Below, piece after piece: positions 1 through 8,894 of a DNA stretch of 42,390 nt (within the stretch, counting starts at the first letter, position 1; each line of letters begins with the position of its first letter). The position numbers and the translations under genes are program-made. The DNA is taken from positions 1-42,390 of the forward strand of contig CBDTYW010000001.1 of the NCBI GenBank assembly GCA_965364735.1. Direction: 5' to 3'. Under the pieces are notes generated by a model. It worked only from the letters and a program-made list of their open reading frames with translations. It made no database searches and was not told the DNA's origin. The stretch comes from an uncultured Nitriliruptoria bacterium. Lineage in GTDB: Bacteria > Actinomycetota > Nitriliruptoria > Nitriliruptorales > Nitriliruptoraceae.

Positions 1-813
1 ATCGAGCAGAACATCGGGACGGTCCCGGCGCTGCTGGGCTGGGACGAGTCGCGGATCGCGACGCGCACCAAGGAGCTGCTGGAGCAGGTCCGTCTGGACC
101 CGTCGCTGGCGGAGCGCTATCCGTCGGAGCTGTCCGGCGGGCAGCGGCAGCGCGTCGGTGTCGCGCGGGCCCTGGCCGCCGACCCTCCGGTCCTGCTGAT
201 GGACGAGCCGTTCGGCGCGGTCGACCCCTTGGTGCGTGGGGAGCTGCAGGATCAGCTGCTCGCGCTGCAGGCCGAGGTGAAGAAGACGATCGTCTTCGTC
301 ACCCACGACATCGACGAGGCCATCCGGCTCGGCGACCGCGTCGCGATCCTGAACGTCGGTGGCGTGCTCGAGCAGTTCGACACACCCAGCATGATCCTCT
401 CGCGGCCGGCGAACGAGTTCGTCCGGTCCTTCCTCGGGCGCGAGCGCGGGCTGCGACGGCTCGCGCTGGTGCCGGTCCGCGACCTCGATCTGGAGAACGG
501 CCCGATGGTCGAGGCCGTCGATCCGCCGAGCGCGGTCCGACGCGTCGCGCAGGAGCAGGGCAGCGACTGGTTCGGCGTGACGCGCGACGGGGCGCTGCAA
601 GGGTGGGCCTGGGTGAGCGACCTCGGGGGTGCGACCTCAGCAGGTGATGTTCCGCTCCGCGCGTTCGGAACCTCCATCCAGTCAGGCGCGTCGCTGCGCG
701 AGGCGCTCGACGCGATCGTGACCACACAGAACAACGTCGCGGTGGTCTGCGACGGCGACCGCTACGTCGGGATGCTGACGGTCGCCCAGGTCGGTGCGGA
801 GCTGACGCGATGA
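1..813 (+). CDS. Osmoprotectant (glycine betaine/choline/carnitine type) ABC transporter ATP-binding subunit with C-terminal CBS pair; 5' end cut by window edge
   Basis: Frame 1 is open from nt 1. It carries the LSGGQRQRVGVARAL signature, VLLMDEPF Walker B and FVTHD H-loop, followed by a ~130-aa CBS-like tail. Its stop overlaps the next start (ATGA at 810-813). Confidence 0.9.
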   Translation: MEQNIGTVPALLGWDESRIATRTKELLEQVRLDPSLAERYPSELSGGQRQRVGVARALAADPPVLLMDEPFGAVDPLVRGELQDQLLALQAEVKKTIVFVTHDIDEAIRLGDRVAILNVGGVLEQFDTPSMILSRPANEFVRSFLGRERGLRRLALVPVRDLDLENGPMVEAVDPPSAVRRVAQEQGSDWFGVTRDGALQGWAWVSDLGGATSAGDVPLRAFGTSIQSGASLREALDAIVTTQNNVAVVCDGDRYVGMLTVAQVGAELTR

Positions 814-1478
814 GGGGTGATCGGCCGTTCTTCCGCTGGGACTGGGTCGTCGACCACCTCGACGACATCGGCGCAGCCACGACTGAGCACCTGCTCCTGA
901 CGGCGATCGCCGTGGGCATCGGTCTCGTGATCTCCGTCGGGCTGTCGGTGGTCAGCCTGCGTTCCGACCGGAGCTACGAGGCCATCACGTCGGTGGCGAG
1001 CGTCCTCTACTCGATCCCGTCCCTGTCAGCCTTCGCGCTGCTGGTGCCGTTCTTCGGGCTGAGCATGACGACCGCGGTCATCCCGCTGGTGACCTACACG
1101 CTGCTCATCCTCGTGCGGAACACCGTCACCGGGATCCGCGGCGTCGACCCGGCCGCGCGCGAGGCGGCGGTGGGGATGGGCTACACGAACCGCGCCGTGC
1201 TCTGGCGCGTCGAGATCCCGCTCGCGCTGCCGGTGATCATCGCCGGCGTGCGGATCGCGACGGTCACGACCGTCGGGCTGGTCACGGTCGCGAGCCTCAT
1301 CGGGTATGGCGGTCTGGGCGGGCTGATCCTGTCGGGGCTGCGTCGCTCGATCGCGTTCCCGACCGAGATCATCGTCGGCACCGTCGGGGCGGTGGTGCTC
1401 GCGGCCAGCCTCGACGCGGCGCTGCTTCTGCTCCAGCGACTCCTCACGCCGTGGCGCCGCCACGCCGTCGCGAACTGA
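810..1478 (+). CDS. ABC transporter permease (OpuCB-like)
   Basis: 222-aa polytopic ORF with an EAA-type loop (AAREAAVGMGYTNRAVLWRVEIPLALP). It has a 4-nt overlap with the ATPase gene. Confidence 0.85.
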   Translation: MRGDRPFFRWDWVVDHLDDIGAATTEHLLLTAIAVGIGLVISVGLSVVSLRSDRSYEAITSVASVLYSIPSLSAFALLVPFFGLSMTTAVIPLVTYTLLILVRNTVTGIRGVDPAAREAAVGMGYTNRAVLWRVEIPLALPVIIAGVRIATVTTVGLVTVASLIGYGGLGGLILSGLRRSIAFPTEIIVGTVGAVVLAASLDAALLLLQRLLTPWRRHAVAN

Positions 1479-1485
1479 GGTCGAC

Positions 1486-2193
1486 ATGGAGCTCCTGGGT
1501 GATGTCGCCGCATGGTTCCTCGACGCCGAGAACTGGCAGGGTCCCAACGGGATCGTGGCCCGCACGCTGCAGCACCTCTGGCTGTCCGTCGTGGCGACGG
1601 TGCTCGCCGGCGCCGTGGCGCTCCCGATCGCGTTCCGGCTTGCGCATCGTCGGCAGGCCGAGTTCCTGGCCAACGCCGTCGTGAACGTCGGGCGGGCGAT
1701 CCCGTCGTTCGGGGTGATCGTGCTGCTGGCGGTGCTGTGGATCACGCAGGGCTGGGACGTCGCGTTCTGGCCGCTCGTCCTCGCGCTGGTGCTCCTGGCG
1801 CTTCCTCCGATCTTCACCAACGCCTACGCCGCGATCGCCGGCGTGGACGATGCGCTCGTCGAGGCCGGCCGGGGGATGGGGCACACCGAGCGGGAGATCT
1901 TGTGGCGCGTCGAGCTGCCCGCGGGCATGCCGGTGCTCCTCACCGGGATCCGCATCGCCTTCGTCCAGGTCGTGGCGACCGTCGCGCTCGGCGCTGTCAT
2001 CACCGGAAGGACTGGCGGGCTCGGCATCTACATCGTCAACGGGTTCGCGAGGCTGCGCAGCGGCGGCGACGTCGAGGTGTTCGCGGGGGCGCTCCTGGTC
2101 GCGCTGCTCACCATCGCGGTGGAGCGGCTGTTCACCTACGGCGAACAGCACCTCCTGCCCCGCGGGTTGCGACCGCGTCCGATCCGTCGGTAG
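1486..2193 (+). CDS. ABC transporter permease (OpuCD-like)
   Basis: 235-aa polytopic ORF with an EAA-type loop (LVEAGRGMGHTEREILWRVELPAGMP). It starts 7 nt after the previous gene. Confidence 0.85.
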   Translation: MELLGDVAAWFLDAENWQGPNGIVARTLQHLWLSVVATVLAGAVALPIAFRLAHRRQAEFLANAVVNVGRAIPSFGVIVLLAVLWITQGWDVAFWPLVLALVLLALPPIFTNAYAAIAGVDDALVEAGRGMGHTEREILWRVELPAGMPVLLTGIRIAFVQVVATVALGAVITGRTGGLGIYIVNGFARLRSGGDVEVFAGALLVALLTIAVERLFTYGEQHLLPRGLRPRPIRR

Positions 2194-2194
2194 G

Positions 2195-2231
2195 ACACGG
2201 CTGCAGAGCCCGCGCTCTGCGCCAGCCGTGT
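2195..2231 (+). promoter_or_regulatory. Strong GC-rich stem-loop between the permease and substrate-binding-protein genes (intra-operon attenuator or mRNA-stability hairpin)
   Basis: ACACGGCTGCAGAGC (2195-2209) pairs with GCTCTG (2214-2219) and CAGCCGTGT (2223-2231). There is a 3-nt bulge (CGC) and a 4-nt loop, giving 15 paired positions. Confidence 0.5.
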
Positions 2232-2301
2232 GTGGCGCTGCGGAACACGGCGCCTACGTTGTCGGCTGCATCCTGGATCTGACGACAGAGGGAACCCAAG
2301 C

Positions 2302-3234
2302 ATGCGCATCCTCCGACACACCTTGCCGCGCGCTGTCGCGGTCACCGCGGCGCTGACGCTCGCGCTGACGGCCTGCTCCGGCAGCGAGCCGACCGGCGAC
2401 GGGTCGGCCACCGGCACGCCCGTCGAGGGTCCGACCATCGTGGTCGGCTCGTTCAACTTCGGCGAGAGCCAGATCCTCGGGAACATCTACGCCCTCGCGC
2501 TCCAGGACGCCGGCTACCAGGTGGAGACCCAGCTGGACCTCGGCTCACGTGAGGTCATCCTGCCGGAGCTGGAGAAGGGCGCGATCAGCTTCCTGCCGGA
2601 GTACGCGGGATCGGCGCTGTCCGTCGGGTTCGGTGGCGAGCCGACCGGTGACCTCGACGCGACCATCGCAGCGCTGCAGGCCGAGTTCGATGCCATCAAC
2701 GTGACCGTCCTCGAGCCGGCCCCGGGCCAAGATGCCAACGCGTTCGCCGTGACGCAGGCCTTCGCCGATGAGCACTCGCTCGTGACCGTGGCCGACCTCG
2801 CGAACGTCACCGACGGCGTCACCTTCGGCGGGCCGCCGGAGTGCGAGGAGCGGGCGACCTGCCTGCTCGCGCTGACCGACACCTACGGGCTGACCAACAT
2901 CACGTTCGAGTCGATCCAGGAGGGCAGCGTCCGCGTCTCGTCGCTGGCCCAGGGCGCGATCGACGTCTCGCTGCTCTTCTCGACCCAGCCCGTCATCGCC
3001 GTCGAGGGCTTCGTCATCCTCGAGGACCCGGAGGGCGCCATCCCGGTGGAGAACATCACCCCGGTCGTCGCCAACAACGTGATCGACGCCTACGGCGACG
3101 ACTTCGTCGCGCTGATCAACGGCATCTCGGCCAAGATCACCACGGACGTGCTGATCGAGCTCAACGGCAAGGTCGAGCTGGACGCCGAGGACGCATCCGA
3201 CGTCGCTCGCGCCTGGCTCGACGCCAACGCCTGA
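2302..3234 (+). CDS. Osmoprotectant ABC transporter substrate-binding lipoprotein (OpuAC/OpuCC family)
   Basis: I chose ATG 2302, which has GAGGGA about 8 nt upstream, over the ORF-track start at 2230. The protein has a signal peptide with lipobox LALTAC and an OpuCC-like body (IVVGSFNFGESQILGNIYALAL). Confidence 0.85.
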   Translation: MRILRHTLPRAVAVTAALTLALTACSGSEPTGDGSATGTPVEGPTIVVGSFNFGESQILGNIYALALQDAGYQVETQLDLGSREVILPELEKGAISFLPEYAGSALSVGFGGEPTGDLDATIAALQAEFDAINVTVLEPAPGQDANAFAVTQAFADEHSLVTVADLANVTDGVTFGGPPECEERATCLLALTDTYGLTNITFESIQEGSVRVSSLAQGAIDVSLLFSTQPVIAVEGFVILEDPEGAIPVENITPVVANNVIDAYGDDFVALINGISAKITTDVLIELNGKVELDAEDASDVARAWLDANA

Positions 3235-3247
3235 CCGGTTCCCGGCC

Positions 3248-3868
3248 ATGGCGCCCGAGCTGCTGGACCTGGCCGACTACCGACGCCGCGTCGCTGACCT
3301 CCACACGGAGGTCCGCGCACGCGGCGTCGGCCGTTCAGGGTGGAACCACTGGTGCGAGGGACGCGACGAGCTCTACCGGACACACGTCCAGTCGCCGATC
3401 CCTGCAGCGCGACGGTCGACCTTCTCCACGATCCCGAGGTGGGCCTACGACCCGGACTTCGCGACCGTCGGGACGGTTCGGCCACCGGACGACGCCGAGA
3501 CCGGCTCCCCGGACCGGCTGGGACACTCGGGTGCTGGCGAGACGAGCTTCGTCCGGGTGGGCACCGTCGAGTTCACCCTGCTCGGTCGTGCTCGCACCCT
3601 TGCTCTGTGGTGGCTCGACGCGTACGGCGGCGGGCTGTTCCTGCCGTTCCGGGACCTGACCTGCGGGGAGCAGACCTACGGCGGCGGCCGCTACCTCCTG
3701 GACGGCGCGAAGAGCGCGGACCTCGGCGGCAGCGACGACCAGCTCGTGCTGGACTTCAACTTCGCCTACCACCCGTCATGCGTGCACGACGATCGCTGGT
3801 CGTGCCCGTTGGCGCCGCCCGAGAACCGGCTCGACGTCGCGGTCACCGCAGGTGAGCGGCTGGCCTGA
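3248..3868 (+). CDS. DUF1684 domain protein
   Basis: The C-terminal motif LDFNFAYHPSCVHDDRWSCPLAPPENRL matches the DUF1684 signature as I recall it. Confidence 0.75.
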   Translation: MAPELLDLADYRRRVADLHTEVRARGVGRSGWNHWCEGRDELYRTHVQSPIPAARRSTFSTIPRWAYDPDFATVGTVRPPDDAETGSPDRLGHSGAGETSFVRVGTVEFTLLGRARTLALWWLDAYGGGLFLPFRDLTCGEQTYGGGRYLLDGAKSADLGGSDDQLVLDFNFAYHPSCVHDDRWSCPLAPPENRLDVAVTAGERLA

Positions 3869-3885
3869 CGTCGAGGGGCTCCGGT

Positions 3886-5043
3886 TCACGAGACCTTGAT
3901 GCGAGAAGGCGGCTTGTCGGCCAACAGCGCAGCGACGGGGCCCAGCGTCGCGGTCACCAGGACGTATCCGGCAGCGATCGCCGACAGACGCTCAGATCCA
4001 CCGGCGGCGACACCGAGCCCGGCGATGACGATGGAGAACTCGCCGCGCGCCGACAGCGCTGCCGCGGCGCGCCACCGACCCCGGTTCCCGATGCCCTCCC
4101 GGGCGCCACCGATCCACGCCACGGCGAGCTTCGTCGCGACCGTCAGGGCGGCAAGGCCGAGCACCGGCCCGATGACGGCGGGCAGCACGGACGGATCGGT
4201 CGAGAGGCCGAAGAAGACGAAGAAGACCGCAGCGAACAGATCGCGCAGGGGTGACAGCAGAGTCTCCGCCCGATGAGCCGCGGGCCCGGAGATCGCGATC
4301 CCCACGATGAACGCACCGACAGCTGCGGAGACGTGGATCCACTCGGCCAGCCCGGCAGCGAGCAGCGTGATCCCGAGGATGGTCAGCAGGTTGATCTCGT
4401 CGGAGTCGGAGAAGGCCGCGCGGCTGAGCTGTTCACCATGGCGGATGGACAGCACCAAGGTCGCCCCGACCGCGAGCAGCGCGACGACGACGGACACCGC
4501 AGCTCCGGACAGGCTTCCACCGATCGCGAGAGCGCCCAGCACCGGGAGGATGACCGCCATGGCGAGGTCCTCGAAGACCAGCACCGAGAGCACGAGCGGT
4601 GTCTCGCGGTTTCCCGACCAACCCAGGTCGGCGATCACCTTGGCGGTGACACCCGACGACGAGATGTAGGTCACGCCGCCCAAGAACAGTGACGGCAGGA
4701 CGCCGAGCCCGATCAGGAGGCCGACGCCGAACCCGGGGGTGAAGTTCAGGACGAGGTCGAGCAGCCCGATCGGGCTCGCTCGCCGGAGGTTCCCGATCAG
4801 GTCGCCTCCGGAGTACTCGAGCCCGAGCATGAGCAGGAGCAGGATCACCCCGAGCTCGGCGCCGATCTCGACGAAGTCACCGGCGCTGACCAGCGGGACC
4901 AGCCCGCCCTCACCGAACGCGAGTCCTGCCCCGAGGTAGAGCGGGATCGGTGAGAGGGAGAACCGCCGGGCAACCCGAGCCATGACGGCCAAGAGGGCCA
5001 GCACGGCCCCCAGCTCCAGCCACAGCAGGACCGTGTGGCTCAT
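3886..5043 (-). CDS. Cation:proton antiporter, CPA2 family (KhtU/Kef-like membrane subunit)
   Basis: 385-aa polytopic ORF with a Na_H_exchanger-like N-terminus (LELGAVLALLAVMARVARRFSLSPIPLYLGAGLAFG). Its ATG overlaps the stop of the upstream TrkA-C gene (TCAT at 5040-5043). Confidence 0.85.
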   Translation of the reverse strand: MSHTVLLWLELGAVLALLAVMARVARRFSLSPIPLYLGAGLAFGEGGLVPLVSAGDFVEIGAELGVILLLLMLGLEYSGGDLIGNLRRASPIGLLDLVLNFTPGFGVGLLIGLGVLPSLFLGGVTYISSSGVTAKVIADLGWSGNRETPLVLSVLVFEDLAMAVILPVLGALAIGGSLSGAAVSVVVALLAVGATLVLSIRHGEQLSRAAFSDSDEINLLTILGITLLAAGLAEWIHVSAAVGAFIVGIAISGPAAHRAETLLSPLRDLFAAVFFVFFGLSTDPSVLPAVIGPVLGLAALTVATKLAVAWIGGAREGIGNRGRWRAAAALSARGEFSIVIAGLGVAAGGSERLSAIAAGYVLVTATLGPVAALLADKPPSRIKVS

Positions 5044-5531
5044 GCGTTGCGCGGACGGACCAGGTCGAGGACGTTGTCGACACCCTCAGCGGTGCCGGCG
5101 ACGACGAGGGTGTCGTCGGCCTCGAGGACGAAGTCCGGCTCGGGTGCAGGTACGGACGTGGGCCGGCGTATCACGGCGACCACGCTCGCGCCGGTCCGGG
5201 TACGGATCTGGAGCTCGGCGATGGACTTGCCTGCGACCGGGGAGTCTGCGGCAACGTCGAGCCACTCGAAGACGAGCCCCTCGACCTCGTAGGTCACCGG
5301 TGCGGAATCCTGGCTTGCCGACGCGACCTTCAGCGCCTCGGCCAGGTGCTCGGCGTCGGCTTCGGAGAGGCTGATCGAGAGCTCGCTCCGGTCCGGGTCG
5401 TCCGGACTGCACACGAACACCTCGCGTCGACCTGAGTGGTGCTGCACGACGCCCAGCCGACGGCCCTCGTCGCTGAAGAACTCGATGCGTCGCCCGATTC
5501 CGGGGAGGTCTGTCTCGTCCAGCTGGCCCAC
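5040..5531 (-). CDS. Cation:proton antiporter regulatory subunit (KhtT-like, TrkA-C domain)
   Basis: It has the DLPGIGRRIEFFSDEGRRLGVVQHHSGRREVFVC N-domain and a C-terminal TrkA-C (VAGKSIAELQIRTRTGASVVAVIRR...DDTLVVAGT). I chose the GTG at 5531 (GGAG 5 nt upstream) by analogy with homologues that start just before LPGIG. ATG 5639 is an alternative. The ORF-track start at 6095 is rejected. Confidence 0.75.
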   Translation of the reverse strand: MGQLDETDLPGIGRRIEFFSDEGRRLGVVQHHSGRREVFVCSPDDPDRSELSISLSEADAEHLAEALKVASASQDSAPVTYEVEGLVFEWLDVAADSPVAGKSIAELQIRTRTGASVVAVIRRPTSVPAPEPDFVLEADDTLVVAGTAEGVDNVLDLVRPRNA

Positions 5532-5688
5532 GTTCGCTCCGATGTCCGCCACGGCGACTCTATCTGTGGCGGTGGTGCCGAAGCGGACTCGAACAGCTCG
5601 CCGAACGGCGGTGAACGTCGCCCGATCGTCCATGTTCATCGCAACCTCTGTGGGGCAGAATGGGCCGATCCGATCGTGGAGGTCTTCC

Positions 5689-6231
5689 ATGCGCCGTCCC
5701 CAGGTTCTGCTCGTCGCCGCGCTCAGCGCGGCCACCGTCTTCGTGGCGGGGTGTGGCGAAGATCCGTCGACGCAGCCGACGCCGACCCCGCCGGCAACGG
5801 AAGAGCCCACCGCCAGCGCGACCGCGAGCACCGAGGTGTTCTTCTCCCGTGACGACGCCACCGACGACTGCTCGCAGGTCTTCGGCCGGGTGCGCGACGT
5901 CGGCGCCGACGAGCAGCTCGCGGCGACGCTCTCCGCGCTGGTGGCCGGACCCACCGCAGCGGAGATGACGGCCGGGTACGGCGGCTGGTTCACCGCGGCG
6001 ACGGCCGACGTCGTGCTGTCGGTGTCGCAGGTCGCCGATGTGGCGATCGTCGACTTCGTCGCGGACCTGCCGCAGCGGATCCCGAACGCGTCCACATCGT
6101 GTGGCTCGACCGCTCTGCTGGCGCAGCTGGACGAGACGCTCCTGCAGTTCCCGGACGTGACCAGCGCCCGCTACTCGCTCGCCGGCGACGAGCAGGCGTT
6201 CTGGGAGTGGCTCCAGCGCGAGGTGCCCTGA
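5689..6231 (+). CDS. GerMN-domain lipoprotein
   Basis: ATG 5689 has GGAGG 6 nt upstream. The protein has a signal peptide with lipobox FVAGC, a Pro/Thr linker and a GerMN-like body (VFFSRDD...LSALVAGPTAAEMTAGY...QFPDVTSARY). Confidence 0.65.
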   Translation: MRRPQVLLVAALSAATVFVAGCGEDPSTQPTPTPPATEEPTASATASTEVFFSRDDATDDCSQVFGRVRDVGADEQLAATLSALVAGPTAAEMTAGYGGWFTAATADVVLSVSQVADVAIVDFVADLPQRIPNASTSCGSTALLAQLDETLLQFPDVTSARYSLAGDEQAFWEWLQREVP

Positions 6232-6270
6232 ACCCTGGGGCCCTGAATCCCCGATCGGCGGCTTCAGCCG

Positions 6271-6654
6271 TCAGCGTGCGCCGGAAACGACCGTGAGCAG
6301 GACCGTCGCGTCGGTCATCGCGATCAGATCGTGGGACTCGTCGGGGATGGGAGCCCATTGACCTGCGTCCAGCTCGATCTCGACGGTCGCGGTTCCCATC
6401 CGGACCTTGCCTCGGAGGACCTGCAACGTCGCCGGCCCGGGAGCGCGATGGTCGTTGAGCCGGCTGCCCTCCGTCAGCGCGAGGACCGTCTGCTTCAACG
6501 CAGCGCCCGCTCCGGGCGTGAGCGTTCGTGCGGACCTTCCGGCATCAAGCTCGCGTGCCTGCGCGAGGACGTCGTCGCCGACCTCGGTGAGCGAGACGGG
6601 CCCGGTGGGGGACGTGGGTTCACGGCGGGGCGCATGCGTGGTGTCGGTCATCAT
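6271..6654 (-). CDS. Cupin-domain protein
   Basis: 127-aa ORF with a small beta-barrel-like pattern (LNDHRAPGPATLQVLRGKVRM...AGQWAPIPDESHDLIAMTDATVLLTV). Assigned by resemblance only. Confidence 0.55.
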   Translation of the reverse strand: MMTDTTHAPRREPTSPTGPVSLTEVGDDVLAQARELDAGRSARTLTPGAGAALKQTVLALTEGSRLNDHRAPGPATLQVLRGKVRMGTATVEIELDAGQWAPIPDESHDLIAMTDATVLLTVVSGAR

Positions 6655-6797
6655 CGGTCCATCTCTGTTCGGCCCGCGTCAGCGGTCGTGTCCAGCATGC
6701 AGCTCGGATCGCCCTGTGGGAAGGGGCTGATGTCAGACCTGCAGGGTCGAAGGTCCCGGCGAAGTCGGTCATGGTCGCTTTGAGGGTCAGCGGTGGC

Positions 6798-8714
6798 CTA
6801 CCGGTCGAGCTGACGCCGAGCATGCTCTGACACCGCCCCGGGGCCCCCGACGACCCACGTCGGTGCGTCCCAGACGCGAGCCTCTGCTCGCACGGACGGC
6901 GGCACGACGTCCGGATCGGTGAGCAGGACGATCCCTCCTTCGGCAGCTGCGGCTGCGGTCGCGGCGAGCGCATCGGGGAACGCCCGGCCCGAGGCGACGA
7001 GCAGCACGCTCGGCGTGCGGCCGTCGAGCGCTTCACGACCGAGCGCGAGCGCCGTCTCGAAGCGGTCCGGGCCGAAGACGCGGCGGGCGGGTACGCCCAG
7101 CTGGGACACGACCTCGTCCGGCACGGCGGCTGGTCCACCGGCGACGATGGCCGTGCGCGAGCTCTCCAGGGCGGTCCGGCTCGCCGATGGGATCCCCTGC
7201 TGGTTGACGAGGACGAGCCGGCCGCGCTGCGCGGCGACGAGGCCGCCGGACGCCAACGCGTCCGGCCATGCGCTGCTCGCGTTCACGTGCTGACCGAGGG
7301 CGACGACCGCGACGTCACCGGCGTTCGCGATGCCCTCGCTCCGCCAGATCCGCACGGCCTCGTCGCCGGCAGCCGTGGCCGTCGCGTAGCGGTCCGGCCC
7401 GGCCCATCGGTGCACGGTGAGCCCATCCGCCTCGAGGGCGGACACGATCTCGGGGGAGAGCGCCCGCTCACCGCCGACGAGGTGGACGTCACTCGCCCCG
7501 AGGCGGCCGATCTCGTCGCGGACCCGCTGGTCGAGCGCGCTCGGTCTCGTGAGGACCACGGGGGCCGCCAGCGCCGCGGCGAGGCCCGTGGCGCCGAGCG
7601 CGTCCGCGTACGCGTCGGAGCGAGCGAGCACCACGGCATCGGCGGCATCGAACCCGAACGTCGACAACGCGACGGCCGTCGCGATGCGGTCGTCGCCGGC
7701 GACACGCCCGGCAGGTGTCGCTGCCTCGGCTCCTGCGACGCGACGGGAGTCCGGATCCGAGATCCACGGGGCCGTGTCGACGACCTCGAAGTCGCTGCCG
7801 GTCAGGTCGCGCAGGTCACGCAACGCCGTGTTGTCGAAGCTCTCCGACGGAGAGCCGGACAGGAACCACGGCGAGCCGTTGTCGGCGAGGACCGCGCCGT
7901 AGGTCTGGAGCGCGATCGCGATGACCTTCGCCTGGTCGGACATCGTGGAGAGGTCGACGTCGGCGCGCAGGCGCACGCGGATGCCCATCGGCGGGAGTCC
8001 TGTCTCGTCACGACCCGCGTCGTGTCGTGCGGGCCAGACGTGTTCGCGTGCGGTGCGGGGGGCGGTGAACCGGATGGCGTGGTCGATCACGCCGGCAGCG
8101 ATCTCGTCGCCTCGGACGAGGCCGGGCAGGATCGGAAGGCCCGCAGCGTCGGCGGACGTCCAGCCGTCGGGGCGGAGGCGATCGTCCTCGAGATCGAACA
8201 CGGCGCCGGAGCCGGCGGACCAGGTGTCGTCGCCGTCCGGGTGGGCGTCGAACAGCTCGTACAGGACACAGGCGTCGCGATCGAGGATGAGGATGTGGCG
8301 GTCGCCGTCGCCGTCGGGGCCGCCCTCGATCGGCGGGTTGTCGGGGATCGGATACGGGCCGGGATCGGACTCGTCGGCGTAGAGGAAGCTCACGTCCACA
8401 CGGGGCTGGTCGCCGTCGACGACGACCCACGGGATGCCGATGGGGGCACCCTCCCACGTCCCGGACCCGAAGTCCGGGTGGACGGGGATCCCGGCGCCGA
8501 TCGCCTCGATCCACGTCTCCGAGGACGGGTGGACGGCGAGGTCGGTGACGGGCTGGTGCCAGTGGGTGTCCCGGCTGAAGAGCTCGCAGCCCGGGGCGCC
8601 GGGCACGGCGGAGAGCGTGGGAGCCGTGCCGAGGGCGGCGGTGCAGCCGGCCGAGATCGTCGCGAACACGGCAACGGCCGTGACGCCGCGCCCCGATGAT
8701 CTGCGCCGACCCAT
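6798..8714 (-). CDS. Secreted or lipoprotein surface protein: uncharacterised N-terminal domain plus three cell-wall-binding repeat 2 (CWB2) modules
   Basis: ATG 8714 has GGAG 7 nt upstream. The N-terminus is a signal peptide with ISAGC. Residues ~337-638 form three CWB2-like repeats (RVAGDDRIATAVALS.., WAGPDRYATATAAG.., VFGPDRFETALALG.. followed by A.SG..FPDALA). The ORF-track extension to 11417 is an antisense shadow. Confidence 0.8.
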   Translation of the reverse strand: MGRRRSSGRGVTAVAVFATISAGCTAALGTAPTLSAVPGAPGCELFSRDTHWHQPVTDLAVHPSSETWIEAIGAGIPVHPDFGSGTWEGAPIGIPWVVVDGDQPRVDVSFLYADESDPGPYPIPDNPPIEGGPDGDGDRHILILDRDACVLYELFDAHPDGDDTWSAGSGAVFDLEDDRLRPDGWTSADAAGLPILPGLVRGDEIAAGVIDHAIRFTAPRTAREHVWPARHDAGRDETGLPPMGIRVRLRADVDLSTMSDQAKVIAIALQTYGAVLADNGSPWFLSGSPSESFDNTALRDLRDLTGSDFEVVDTAPWISDPDSRRVAGAEAATPAGRVAGDDRIATAVALSTFGFDAADAVVLARSDAYADALGATGLAAALAAPVVLTRPSALDQRVRDEIGRLGASDVHLVGGERALSPEIVSALEADGLTVHRWAGPDRYATATAAGDEAVRIWRSEGIANAGDVAVVALGQHVNASSAWPDALASGGLVAAQRGRLVLVNQQGIPSASRTALESSRTAIVAGGPAAVPDEVVSQLGVPARRVFGPDRFETALALGREALDGRTPSVLLVASGRAFPDALAATAAAAAEGGIVLLTDPDVVPPSVRAEARVWDAPTWVVGGPGAVSEHARRQLDR

Positions 8715-8894
8715 CGCATCGCTCCTGCGCTCATCGGCAGTGTCGCAGAACGTGATGGCGCGGGCCAGCGTGGGAGGGGCGTGGTTGGCGCTCGGTACGG
8801 TTCCGTCCCACCCCACGACGGGACTGCAGATGCGAGATCGGGCACGTGCTCGGCGTTGCGGCGGCGCGATCCGGCGGCTTCTGGTCGTGCGCAC

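Noticed and set aside
5640-6095. Upstream extension of the KhtT-like ORF to 6095
   Set aside because: The extension overlaps the GerMN lipoprotein gene on the opposite strand. Homologues of the regulatory subunit start just before the LPGIG motif.
6225-6251. Direct repeat GCCCTGAACCC / GCCCTGAATCCC between the convergent GerMN and cupin genes
   Set aside because: It is short, with one mismatch, and I found no convincing adjacent hairpin. It is probably chance or a weak terminator region.
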